64,000 nucleotides of DNA from Octopus vulgaris (GCA_951406725.2 OX597814.1:185008001-185072000), one strand, 5' to 3'. Shown: positions 40,408 to 53,364, counted from the stretch's first letter. Program-made: numbers and translations. Notes: a model not told the origin generated them from the letters alone.

Positions 40408-40860
40408 GACCCCCTTTGCAACACCATTTTCCTGACGTAAGTTTATACAATCTGCTTTTTTTTATCGGTTACGGTATTTAGACATGTCCCTTTGATTTCT
40501 GAGTCTTCAGACATATGAATGTATAAAGAAAACCGTGTGTAAACGATGCATTGCTGCAAGGAGGACATACGGTTTCACACATAAGACAAATAATTTACTT
40601 TTACGCAAACACCATACTTAATACAACAAACATACCTTTTGATCTCTTGTATAATCTACCATAGAACCTAGTCGAAATTCGTACCAAGCAGGTTTCTCAC
40701 TAGCCTGGTCATTCATCAAAATTCAATAGATAGTCGAATAGTGTTGTAACTTGGCCGAAAGAAATTCTATGACCCCCTTTGCAACACCATTTTTCTGACG
40801 TAATTTTATACAATCTGTTTTTATATCAGTTGCAGTATTTAGCTAATTCCCTTTGATTTC
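40408..40860. repeat. ~265-bp duplicated insert flanked by ~92-bp direct repeats
   Basis: GACCCCCTTTGCAACACCATTTT...CCCTTTGATTTC at 40408-40499 and 40771-40860. Confidence 0.88.
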
Positions 40861-41020
40861 GGAATTAAAGTCTCAGTAAGATTAAGTTTACCACTTTCGT
40901 TCATCGTTGATTAAATTTCCGGCCATATGATAAATATCTTAAATTAGGAATAAGTATTTTATTTTTACGGAGATGTACTTGCATAGCAAGTGATTTGATC
41001 TGAGATCGTGTGCTGAAAGG

Positions 41021-41217
41021 AAAACAATTGCAGCGTGGAAGGTGTTTATAAGCCATTTAAGAAACACACAAAAGCCGTTCGATTCACTTCAACATTTAAG
41101 TTTAATTTGTCAAAATATTTTCGTCGCTTTAAGACAACTTAAATGTTGAAGTGAATCGAACGGCTTTTGTGTGTTTCTTAAATGGCTTAGAAACACCTTC
41201 CACGCGGCAGTTATTTT
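41021..41217. repeat. ~82-bp-arm inverted repeat, 33-nt spacer
   Basis: 41021-41102 is near-perfectly complementary to 41136-41217. Confidence 0.92.
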
Positions 41218-42089
41218 ATTATAGAAAGAATTAGTCAAAAGTAACAGAGAATCATATCCTTATTCTAAAACAAAATTAAATAGAGAAATAAAAAGGGCTT
41301 TCCACTCATATAAAACAACTGTATGCCTGCTTTTGCCGCATCTGTGTGTCTCGTTCGTGAGTAGTGACTTGGCAGAGTCATAAAGGTGGAAACTTAAAAT
41401 TTCTTGGAGTTGTTGTTCCCGCTCTCTGCGTTTCGAATTCAAATCACGCCGTAATCAGTTTTGCTATTTATTGTTTTGTGGTCGATAAAAGATGCTGGAA
41501 TCTGGATTGATGGAACTCTAAGAATGTTGGATCGGATATCTGGTGGTCGTTATTTCGCTTCTTTGCTTTCTGACTTCAAATCCTGCCATGCCATCTTGGG
41601 TATCTTAATCTGTTGTCCGGTGTAACAACACCACAACTCACCCGGGGTCAAACATTGTAGCCAAGCCTCTGGTACAAAAATATCTTCTTGATTCCAATCC
41701 CATCGGTCGTGGTGGCCCTGTAAAGAATCATTGATATTATCTTCTAAAACTTAATTTTGTATATACCCAGTACAACCATTTACATTAAGCGTTAATTTTG
41801 CATATACCCAGTATAAGCATTTGTGTACATGTACGTATATGTATGCATATACGTCTAAATACTACGTTTGCAATACACACATGTTTGAGTATATGTTTGT
41901 GTTGCATGTATCTTTAAATATTTGCGTGAGTCGTATGCATATATATGGTTGAGTATCTGTGTGTGATGTATTCACATTTATTTAAATCTCTGTGCATGTC
42001 GTATGCATGTCGGTTTAGTATTCTGTGTGTCTTGCATGAATATATGTTTAAGTATTGTGTGCGTTATAAATATTATTTCAGATATGTTT

Positions 42090-42174
<85 letters not shown>

Positions 42175-43111
42175 CATATATATGAATATATATATATATA
42201 CATATATACACATATATATACATATATATATACCTCTCTCTGCATCTTCATTTCTTGAAGGATTTATTTATATATATTTTTATCCTTTAAATCTTTCAGG
42301 TCATCCAATGTCGTTACATGCCATACATATTAAGCAGACGTACTTCTATTTTAGATACAATTAAACAAAAGATATCTGCAAGAAAGTAGTCAAAATCATG
42401 GAAGCAGGCAATGCTTCTTTCTTTCTCGTCCGTACGTAGCCTGCAGTCAAAGAGAACAGAGCTATCTTTCAGTGTGTTGAGTGACGAAAAAAAGTGGTTC
42501 AATTTGCTGGAAGCATCGTTTATTCTCCACTGAAGATTCTTGTGACCAATCAACAATGGGATTATGAGAATGTATTGTGATAGAAGAAGACAGCTAGCTA
42601 CATAGTTAGCTGTCCGATGGTGACAGATTCACATGATTGTTTTTGTTGTTGGTTTTGGGTTGCTGCCTGTTCTCTGATTTTTTTTTTTTTTTTTTTTGTG
42701 GTGGATGATAGTAGGATTTATAGGAGTGAAAGAACAGGGTGACAATGATGAGAGGAGATTTTTAGAAGGTGAGTGAGGGCTGGGAGGATGTTAAAAGCAA
42801 TGAAGGAATAATGTGTGATAAGGCTTAGAGAGAGCAAGAAAAAAGAAAAGATAGAAACGGAGACAGAGAGAAAGAGACAGTTGTGTATAGAAGAGATGTG
42901 GTAGAGGAGAAGATTATGCGAAAGTGATGGAAATGGAGGATCAATAAACGTGTTTGAACGAGGTTATGAGTGTATATGTTTGTGTGGAGTTTGTGCGTGT
43001 GTGTGTGTGTGTATGTGTGTGAGAGCATGTTTGTGTAACTATATGCATGAAAATATGCATATACACATGTGTTTATGTCAATATATAAATATGAATTCGT
43101 GTGTGTGTGTT

Positions 43112-43182
<71 letters not shown>

Positions 43183-43309
43183 TTGTGTTTAATCAGATCT
43201 CTAAACTATGGGGAAACTGCCCAATAACATCTTACATCAGATAATGAAAAGTCAGAATTTGTGTCCCATTATTGCCACAGCGTGCAATTAGCTCTAAGTA
43301 ATCATATGT

Positions 43310-43642
43310 AACACAAGCAGAAAGGGAATACGGGAGGCGAAAGGAAGAGATGCATAGACAGAGAGACAGACAGACAGACAGATAGATTGATAGAATAAAT
43401 AAGAGAGTGAGTGAGTGAGTGAGTGTGTGAGTAAGAAGAGCAATAAGAAACAATGAGAGTAGAAGGTATATGAAATGGGAGAGATGAGAGGAACAAGAGG
43501 GAGAAGATACAAAGATGATGATGATGATGATGAGGAGGAGGAGGAGGAGGAGGAGGAGAAGGGAACAGAGAATCGAGAGAGAATGAGAGACACGGATAGA
43601 TGGGTGGATGGATAGATGCATGGATGAATGGATGGACGGATA

Positions 43643-43679
<37 letters not shown>

Positions 43680-44200
43680 ATGGATGGATGGACGGATGGA
43701 GGGTGGATGAAAGAATAAAAGAACGAACGTCTGAAAGAATGAAGAAAATCAATGAAGGAAGGAATGAGTGAATTAAGGAAAGAATGAATGAATTGCGAAA
43801 TGGACAGGCAAAAATATGACTGAAAAAAGAAAATAATGATAAAATCAGGGATGAAAAATATGAACGAAAAAATAAATGTATAAATGAGAGAAATGGAATG
43901 AAAAGATTAAGGAAAGAATGTGGGAATGAATAAATTGCTGAATAACTATATAAATGCATGAATGATATGAATACTTGAATGATAAATGAAGAAATGAAGG
44001 AAGGCCGAATGAGTGAATGAATATTTAAATGCATTAACAAATAAAATAATGACATAAATGAATGAATGAATGAATAATCTAATAAATAACTGAAAGAGTA
44101 ATTGAAGTAATTAACGCTTGACTGAAGAAATGAATAAAAGTAACTAGATGAATAAAGAAGAAATGTATTAATGAGTGAAGAAATGAATAAGTGAAATCAT
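43310..44200. repeat. Purine-rich low-complexity tract (GACA, GAGT, GAT, GAG, GGAT, GAAT runs)
   Basis: Successive decayed microsatellites. Confidence 0.8.
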
Positions 44201-45819
44201 GAGGTTCTGGGTTCAATCTGATAATGTTGCATCTAAATAAAGTGATTTTATCTAGTTTTGAGAAGAAATTAGGGTGACGGGAAACTGCGTGGAAGCCCCA
44301 GGTATATCGTAACTGATAATTCAAATGGATAAATAAATAATAGACGGCAATGAAAGTGAGGTTAATACTGTAAGACAAAGAGTGTTAGATATGAAAATAA
44401 AGAGAATGAGGAATCGAGATGAAGAAAAGCAGAAGAACGAAACCAAAAACTATTGATTGCGAACGAGATTAGGAATGACAGAAAGCATCAGAGAATGAGA
44501 GAGAGAGAGAAGAAGAATGTGGCATCCATTTTAGGACTTTAAACATTCCCTCTAGCGTACGGAACGATCCGTTAAAGGAATCTAGCTAAACGAAGATTTC
44601 TTTCCTTCACTCCTTAGCTGTATGCATTTATTTATTTATTTTGTTATCTCTGGAACATTCTGGAATGGTTAAAATTGACAAATAATTAAGCAACCATCTC
44701 CTGGAGCTGGGGATTAATATATGAAATATGGCGACGGTTTTCTGTCTTGTTCTGGAAAATAAATATATATATATATTTTCTTTTTTTCTTCATCAATTCC
44801 TTTACAACTGCAGAACCATTTTACATTCTTTGGTGAACCCTGCAGAAATCAAATTATTTAAGCTAGCATGGCAACATTAGATTTTCTTTTACCATTTTTG
44901 TTTTGTCCAGCACAGCGCTGCCCACTCTATCCCATTTCAAACCAGTCTTGTCCAAGCCAGTTCTTTTCAGTTTTCTTTCTTTATCATTTTTATATATTTT
45001 ATTTATTTTTTTATTATTTTATTTTTTGGCTACTTACTGTATCAATAGCTTGAGGAAGAGTTGTACCTTGTGTCATTGAATCACAGGGATGTGATGACGC
45101 TTTCCTACTTCATGTTCTTCGTGTCATATCCTTCTGTCCGGCTGTGGCATGGAAATAGTTATTGTTACGCTTAATCTGTCGTATTTTACAACGAGCGAGT
45201 AAAAATAACATTGTCCCAGCTTTCATTTACAATAATTGCTTTTATGAGTTCAACATACAATGTATGGAAACGCACAATTAGCATCACACACACACACATG
45301 CATACTCACACAGTCACACACACAAACACATACACACATACAGACACATACAGAATCACACACATGCATACATGCAAACATACTTGTATTGGAATATAAA
45401 TAGATGCATTCAAAACGCACATATACATACATGCATACATACATAAATACATGCATGCATGCATACATACTTACAAATATACACACATATGCATAATACA
45501 TTCATACAAAGGTAGATAGATACATACATGCCTACATACACACATATACGCATATACATACATAGGATACATACATACATACATACATACATACATACAT
45601 ACATACATACATACATACATACATACATACATAAATACGCACACACATACGTACATACATACATACACATACCGAAATTCTTTTTCTTTCTACGATAGCA
45701 TGGTTTGGATAGTTTGCATACCACCGCATGGCATTACTCCTTGTGATTCGACCCAGCATTTTATTTTGTGAGATGTATCTATGTATGTTTGTATGTTCGT
45801 ATTTATATGCATATATATA

Positions 45820-46054
45820 TATTTAATGTAGGATAAAATTTTCTCGAAAAAAATTTTATCAATGGCCAGCATATTAAAAAATACCTTTAAAGGTTAATTT
45901 TATAAACAACTTACAAATAAGGGCAGACGAAAAATTAGACACCCTGTCCATAACCATGTAATTTTTCACAATGAAAAATTATATGGTTATGGACAGGGTG
46001 TCTAATTTCGGCATATCTGGCATTGGAATATTCATTCGTTTGCCCTTATTTGTA

Positions 46055-46060
<6 letters not shown>
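45820..46060. mobile_element. Family J end in fold-back configuration between TA tracts
   Basis: Inner stem 45932-45968/45972-46008, outer stem 45908-45931/46035-46058; homologous to 32180-32275 and 32585-32670. Confidence 0.75.
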
Positions 46061-46094
<34 letters not shown>

Positions 46095-46127
46095 TATATA
46101 TATAATATATATATATACATACACATA

Positions 46128-46194
<67 letters not shown>

Positions 46195-46196
<2 letters not shown>

Positions 46197-46330
46197 GACG
46201 AAGAGCTCCGCTCGAAACGTTAAACCCTCCTTCTTCCCTTCCTTCCTGAGCGTCCAATAATACTATATCTGTTCCACGTCCTCGCCTTGTGTTTTCTCTT
46301 TGTGTTTTCATGTTTGGATTAACTTTATAT
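46195..46330 (+). mobile_element. Family D PLE-like terminal repeat in (TA)n, starting at a hammerhead core
   Basis: CTGACGAA-GAGC-TCC-GCTC-GAAACGTT-AAAC at 46195-46225; body matches 52100-52282 and the 49480-49652 reverse complement. Confidence 0.8.
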
Positions 46331-46760
46331 ATATATATATATATATAATTTGGGAAAACAAATTTCCAAATCAGTCAGGTGTAAACCCTACAGCGTTATA
46401 TGCATCTACATATCCTACTTTGGGGTCTTATTTATTGTATATTTATATATTAATCTATAAATATACAAAGTATCTGATAAAAGTCAATATTCAATTTTGG
46501 GGGATTAATCGATATGCGGGTATTCTATTTCAGATAATAAAAGAAACAACCTAATGAGTATATCTGACGGTAAACTCATGGTATCAGTTTGCACATCACG
46601 AAATAATACTTAAAGGCTATATCCAAAATTACCAGCTGGGTATATAATATACTTCATTAATTATATCATACTTTAGTTAATACTTATATTTATTGACTAT
46701 AAAGGAACTACACGTGTTTCAGCATTGGAAGATTACAATATATATACATATACACAACTG

Positions 46761-46861
<101 letters not shown>

Positions 46862-47835
46862 TTATGCAATCGTCAGATTTACATTTATTCCAGCACATTT
46901 TCAGGTTCTTTTTCAAAATATTATATATATAATTTTACATCCCTTTAAAAATAAGCAATACAATTAAGCATTAAAGATTAAAAATTACGAATTATAAGTT
47001 GAGAATAAAAATTATACTTTGTACTATTAAGAATTAAAATTTATAAATTATACATTATAAATATGAATTAGTATATATATATATATCAATCATGTAAAAT
47101 CAAGTATGTGTCAAATACAGAATGTGAGATATAAGATTAAACATCAGAATATAAATGTCTGTGTTTAAATGTGATATATAACAATAAAAATGCAAATACA
47201 TATGTTACTTTTTTTTTTGCTGGTTCTAAAATGGTGATTTGAGGAAGAAGATAGCAGTGAAATGTGGGCATTTATAGGTCATTAATACCAAGGAGGGTAA
47301 TTACACTACATATAGTTTTAATTTTAAATTATCCACTATTATTATTTTCAAGTTTACCTGTATTGGGAGATATATATTGGGAGATATACATTGCAAACTA
47401 CCATATATTTTAATTTTATGCATACATATTAGCGATTCGCTAAATCATCCATAGATTTCAATGACGGAAAATATATATAGAGAGAGAAAGGACTCCGAAA
47501 TGTGCTGAAGTAGGGCCAGTCCTTTCGGATGAAGCAACAGGAATTGCCGAAACTGAATCTAGTATAAGGAATTCTCGAAGGGCATTTTCGGACGATTATG
47601 GTCCCTGTCTGTATATATGTATATACATTATAATTCCTGTTCGTATATATGTTTATATCCCTGTCTGTGTATATGTAAACAATTATGTGCTGTAGCATTA
47701 GAGCATTTTAGCTCTTATTTTAGCTCAATGTAGGTGTCACATTTAGGGACAATTATAGTTTTCCTTTTTGGTAGACATTTCAAACTGCTGTCTATTCTAA
47801 TTGTGTGTCTGTGTGTTGGTGTCTGTGTGTGTGTT

Positions 47836-47914
<79 letters not shown>

Positions 47915-48391
47915 ATGTACGTATATACACCCACGAATATATGAAGTAAATGTGCATCACAACGCCATTATGAAGACAAAATGATCTCCAAACACAGAAA
48001 TGTACCCACACAGATTCACACATCTCATACTTTCGCATTGTAACAATTACATATACTCGTAAGACCGCAAGAATGCACATATACACACACACTTATGAAG
48101 AAAGATAATGATTGTCTGTCGCAGTCCGAGAAAGACGGATTTACAAATTTTTTTGTTGAACAACATGCACGAATGATTTGCTTATAGTGATCAATTGCTT
48201 ATGCTACACATTAATTCACACTCTCCATCAAATCGATGTTGCCTGAACAGATGCATGGTGTACCGAACACATTAGGTGTCGAACTGATCGCAGGGCGATC
48301 GTTAGATAAAGTGGTTTGTTCAAGAACACAACACACCACTCTGTCCAGGAATTGAAACCATGTTCTCGTGATTGTGATGCAAAACGCTAAC

Positions 48392-48625
48392 CTATTTCTT
48401 TACTACCCACAAGAGGCTAAACACAGAGGGGACAAACAAGGACATACAAACGGATTAAGTCGATTACATCGACCCCAGTGCGTAACTGGTACTTAATTTA
48501 TCGACCCCGAAAGGATGAAAGGCAAAGTCGACCTCGGCGGAATTTGAACTCAGAACGTAACGGCAGGCGAAATAAGGCTACGCATTTCGCCCGGCGTGCT
48601 AACGTTTCTGCCAGCTCACAGCCTT
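48392..48625 (-). mobile_element. SINE family B, full length, young
   Basis: Near consensus of the B copies. Confidence 0.92.
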
Positions 48626-48629
48626 AATA

Positions 48630-48775
48630 AATAAATGCGCATTTTTAAAGCCTAGCCAGGCTCATGGGCCCGGTTTCCCGGTTTCAATGGTGTATGTGTT
48701 CCGCAGCTGGACGGGACGCCAGTCCATCGCAGCGTTACTCATTTTTGCCAGCTGAGTAGACTGGAGCAACGTGAA
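48630..48775 (-). mobile_element. 5'-truncated CORE-type SINE with family-E-like tail
   Basis: CTGGACGGGACGCC.GTCC shared with 8319-8337; CTGGAGCAACGTGAA core segment shared with family F. Confidence 0.7.
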
Positions 48776-49192
48776 CAAAACGCTAACCACTAGGCTATAT
48801 ACCTTCACACAGACTTATAATCGTGCAAATATACACACAATCATCTAATAGAGTGTAATATATTTTCGAATATTGTATTCCGTCACATAAATGTACGAAT
48901 ACATATACGATGTATGATCTCGTTACTATACTCATCTCTGCAGCGTAACGTCAACAGTCTCATTTAAACAACGTGATTAATGGAGAGACCTATTAATCTA
49001 ACTTGGCTTTCCTGAATTACCGAAACGAATATATGAATGATTCAAAGTAGGTAAATCATAAATCAAGCACACCATATGTAACGTAATATAGTACACGGTT
49101 CGTGTTAAGACTAAATAAATACGGTTCGCAAATATGGTTCACAAATATAATATATAAAGTGACGGTTGTATAAACTCTGACATTTTGCGTTA

Positions 49193-49405
49193 CCCTTTTA
49201 CTCTTTCGCTTTGTTTCAGTCATTTGACTGCGGCCATGCTGGAGTACCGACTGTAGTCGAGCAAATCGACCTCAGGACTTATTCTTTGTAAGCCTCATAC
49301 TTATTCTATCGGTATCTTTTGCCGAACCGCTAGGTTACGGGGAAGTAAACACACTAGCATCGATTGTCAAGCGATGTTGGAATGGGGACAAACACAGACA
49401 CACAA

Positions 49406-49484
<79 letters not shown>

Positions 49485-49704
49485 TAATCCAAACAAGAAA
49501 GCACAACAACGCGAGGACGTGGAACAAATATAGTATTATTTGACGCTCAGGAAAGAAGGAAAGAAGGAGAGTTTAACGTTTCGAGCGGAGCTCTTCGTCG
49601 GAAAGATAGGAGAGGGAAAGATCCAGAGAAGGGAAGACAGAGGGAAAAAAATTATATGTATATATATATACATATATATACATACATACATACATATGTA
49701 TATA

Positions 49705-49742
<38 letters not shown>

Positions 49743-49895
49743 TACGATGGGCTTCTTTCAGTTTCCGTCTACCAAATCCACTCACAAGGGCTTGGTCGGC
49801 CCGAGGCTATAGTAAAAGACACTTGCCCAAGGTGCCACGCAGTGGGACTGAACCCAGAATCATGTGGTTGGTAAGCAAGCTACTTACCACACTCC
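49193..49895 (-). mobile_element. SINE family A with nested family D insertion in its internal TA tract
   Basis: A tail 49193-49410, A head 49740-49895. Confidence 0.9.
49480..49652 (-). mobile_element. Family D element with hammerhead motif (49571-49605)
   Basis: Reverse strand CTTT-CCGACGAA-GAGC-TCC-GCTC-GAAACGTT-AAAC. Confidence 0.8.
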
Positions 49896-50531
49896 GACGT
49901 TAATAACAAAAAAAATTACCTTTTCTTAAGATGATGCGTTATACGTGTTATCTATAAAAGAGAAGCAAAAAGACTGTGTTTTTAATTTTTTGCGTAATCA
50001 GAATCTCTGCTGTTTGGAACATAGAAACATGAAGATCGTTAGAAAAAAGAAAAAAACGGAAATAGTTAGAATGGACGACGTGAGTTACCTATTTTGAAGT
50101 GTTCACCCACATGTTTCAGAAATACAGGTAAACCTAAATAGAATTTTTTTTACACACCTATACAGTTATTGCTCGCTCTCTCACATCTCTCAGAATATAA
50201 TATCTCATTCTTTCAACACTTCCGTGACGGAAATACGTGCAACGAAACAAGAAGAAAAAAAGTTTTAATAGTAATAATCACACGTGAATTTGTGTTTCAT
50301 AATTTCGATGAAAATATAGTTTTGTTTCCGGTATAGCAAATATTGCTGTTCGTGAATAGTTTTTTAGTCAGTGTATTCCATACTCAATGAGTAAATACAT
50401 ACCTGGATAATTATATGTCACTGTGTGTCTGAAAATGTGTGTGTTTGTGCGTGTGTTTGTGGTGTGTATATACGTATATATGTACGCTTATCTGTGTACA
50501 AATTAGTGTATTAATATGCAGATGTGTACAC

Positions 50532-50950
50532 TTTACTCTCTTTTACTTTCTTTTACTCTTTTACTAGTTTCAGTCATTTGACTGTGGCCATGCTGGAGCT
50601 CCGCCTTTTAGTCGAGCAAATCGACCCCAGGACTTATTCTTTGGAAGCCTAGTACTTATTCTATCGGGGTTTTTTTGCCGAACCACTAAGTTACGGGGAT
50701 GTAAACACACTACCATTGGTTGTCAAGCGGTGTTGGGGGTACAGACACAGACACGCAAACATATACACACACACATATACATATATACGACTGGTTTCTT
50801 TCAGTTTCCGTCTACCAAATCCACTCACAAGGTTTTGGTCGGCCTGTGGCTATAGCAGAAGACACTTGCCCAAGGTGCCACGCAGTTGCACTGAACCCGG
50901 AACCATGTGGTTGGTAAGCAAGCTACTTACCACACAGCCACTCCTGCGCC
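50532..50950 (-). mobile_element. SINE family A, full length
   Basis: Complete head and (CTTTTACT)n-type tail. Confidence 0.92.
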
Positions 50951-51047
50951 TGTATATGTGTGTATATGTGTGTGTGCGTGTGTGTATGTGTATGTATGTG
51001 TGTTTGTGTGTTAGTATTGTATACATTGTATAATTAGGCACAGGAAT

Positions 51048-51315
51048 AAGGCGACGCGTTGGGGCACAATCGTTAGCATCCGTACAACATGCTTTACGTT
51101 CTGGGTTCAACTTGCGTGGTGGTTGGCTTTGCTTTTCGTCCCTTCGGAGCTAATGAAATGTGCCAGTTGAGCACTGGAGTTGATATAAACTCCTCTCCTT
51201 GAGAATTACTGACCTTATGCCAAAAATAACAACTGGTTGAGCACTAGGGTCGATATAATCAACTAGGCATATCCTCACAAAATTTCAGGCCCTTTGCTTG
51301 CAGCCGAAAGAGTTA
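51048..51315 (+). mobile_element. SINE family B, old copy
   Basis: AAGGCGAC...ATCGTTAGCA...TTACGTTCTGGGTTCAA...GCACTAGGGTCGATATAATC. Confidence 0.65.
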
Positions 51316-51907
51316 TTACGTGAAATAATTGTGGAGCCGTCACGAAGTTTGTTGCGCAGAGACGAAGATTTGGATTCGATCTAACAGTGTCACATCTCAA
51401 GAAAATGCTTTATTTTATCGTAGCCTCGTGGAAGCCTTAGCTGTATTATAACTCATAATTCAAATACTCGGACATGTCACATAATGTGACACCCTCCTTC
51501 AGAGTGAGAATCAAGTTAAGGATGCAACTGGCTACAAAATACTTAATTATTTATTCATTAATTGAGTCGATCGTAGAAACTGAATGAAGAATCATTATCA
51601 TTTTCTGTATTGATGTTTGTGTACATAGGTATATATACACATGTGCATGTACGCATACATGCATATATATAATGTGCTTGTTATAACCAGAAATGGTTCT
51701 CACGAAAGTAGCATTAACTTTCATGTGTCGTTCAGTTATCCTATATATACACACACACTATACATATACTTATGTACATATATATATAAGCACACACGCA
51801 CACATACACTAAGTTAAACACAGTTACTCGCCACACACCCAAACTCCACGCATACACACAAAAAAACGCACACGCACACACAAAACACACACACGATACA
51901 TATGCAT

Positions 51908-51946
<39 letters not shown>

Positions 51947-52099
51947 CTCACACACACGCACACACTCACACACACACACTTGTCATCTTCGCACACCTTT
52001 ACCATTCCGTCTTTGATATAGCTCTCCTGTTTTTTAAAAATATTTTCTTCTACTCTGACCACTTCCGTCTTTTAGTATGTGACCTCGTCTGTATCACTA

Positions 52100-52282
52100 G
52101 CGATTTTTTTCCCTCTGTCTTCCCTTCTCGGGATCTTTCCTTCTCCTATGTTTCCGACGAAGAGCTCTGCTCGAAACGTCAAACCCTCCTTCTTCCCTTC
52201 TTTCCTGAGCGTCCAATAATACTTTATTTGTTCCACGTCCTTGCGTTGTTGTCTTTTTGTTTTCTTGTTTGTATTAACTTTA
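52100..52282 (+). mobile_element. Family D element followed by (TA)n
   Basis: Colinear with the other D copies. Confidence 0.8.
52150..52184 (+). ncRNA. Minimal type I hammerhead motif, U4C core variant, GUC cleavage triplet
   Basis: GTTT-CCGACGAA-GAGC-TCT-GCTC-GAAACGTC-AAAC: stem I GTTT/AAAC, stem II GAGC/GCTC, palindromic ACGT stem III. Confidence 0.75.
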
Positions 52283-52323
52283 TATATATATATATATATA
52301 TATATAAACACAGAGAGACACAC

Positions 52324-52541
52324 ACAGGAGGGGTGGTGAAAAGTTCCTGGCTTTAAGGGTCTTGTGAAAGCTTGGTTGGTGGACCAATCTTCTGTATTCT
52401 CTTCGAGAGTGTGGAAAAACTGACGAAACGTTGCAGTAATCTGTTAATCTGAGAGGGAAATAAACTGAATAAAATCCTGATTAACTGATACTCCTATATT
52501 TTATTTACCCAAAGCCAAGATCTTTTCAGCACCCACTCGTT
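52324..52541 (+). mobile_element. mariner-derived MITE
   Basis: TIRs GAGGGTGGTGAAAAGTTCCTGGCTTT / AAAGCCAAGATCTTTTCAGCACCCACTCGT; internal remnant of a transposase C-terminus (VEKLTKRCS..NLRG). Confidence 0.75.
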
Positions 52542-53215
52542 TATATAAATGGCCGCTAAATCATACATAAATGTATGAACCGAATCTGTGTACACATCTA
52601 TGTCGTTAAATGAAAGTACACACCTGTCTATCGGTAGGTGAATTAAAGATAAAGTAATTCGTTTGATGCATATTGTTCCAAAATCTTTCGAGATTTAGCG
52701 AAATAAACTTCAAAAGGTAACACTAGCAGCATATTTGGGTGGTACCATATATATACACACTGTAATATGTCAATGAATTAGGATTATATCAAGACACAAA
52801 AAGAGAAATTCAAAGTAGCAACTGAGATACATTTATGGAGAATAGCAGTACTGACTGTTGAACTAATATAGGTACACGCATACATATTGTGTGTGTGCGC
52901 GTGCATATATATATGTGTGTGTGTGTGTGCGTGTGCATATATACATGCATAACAGCATGAAAATGTACATGTACGTATGCGAGTGTATGTTTGTCTACAT
53001 ATTTTATTCACATAGATACTTATATATACGTATGTATTTACATATGCGTATGTAAACACACAGACACGTATATACGTTTACCTATCCGTGTGTGTAAGTA
53101 TGTAATATATATATATATATATATAAGGATAAGATCGTTATTCAAATACCGATCTTATCAGGTGGCCAGCATGGAAATAAGACCTTCAAATGTAATAATT
53201 ATTATTAAAATAATA

Positions 53216-53334
53216 ATTTAGGGTATCTAAGAGATACCACCACTCTGTAAATAGCAGCCAAAACTTGCTGTGGTTTTAGAGTCAAATTTTGGCTGCTATT
53301 TCCAGCGTGGTGGGATCTCTTAGATACTCTAAAT
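53216..53334. repeat. ~48-bp-arm inverted repeat within a TA-flanked segment
   Basis: ATTTAGGGTATCTAAGAGATACCACCAC...GCAGCCAAAA / TTTTGGCTGC...GTGGTGGGATCTCTTAGATACTCTAAAT. Confidence 0.85.
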
Positions 53335-53364
53335 AATACTTATATATATATATTTTGTTTTGTT

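Larger units (their letters stand above)
48225..48810 (-). mobile_element. Old tRNA/CORE-type SINE split by a younger composite insertion
   Basis: Head CACTAGGCTATATACCTTCACAC (48788-48810) continues into AAGAACACAAC...GAATTGAAACC (48322-48360). Confidence 0.6.

Noticed and set aside
42295-42570. Possible mariner end (TCAGGTCATCC similar to 2058)
   Set aside because: Match too short and no reliable transposase translation.
42589-42614. Short hairpin GACAGCTAGCT-ACAT-AGTTAGCTGTC
   Set aside because: An 11-bp stem built on self-complementary TAGC repeats, expected by chance.
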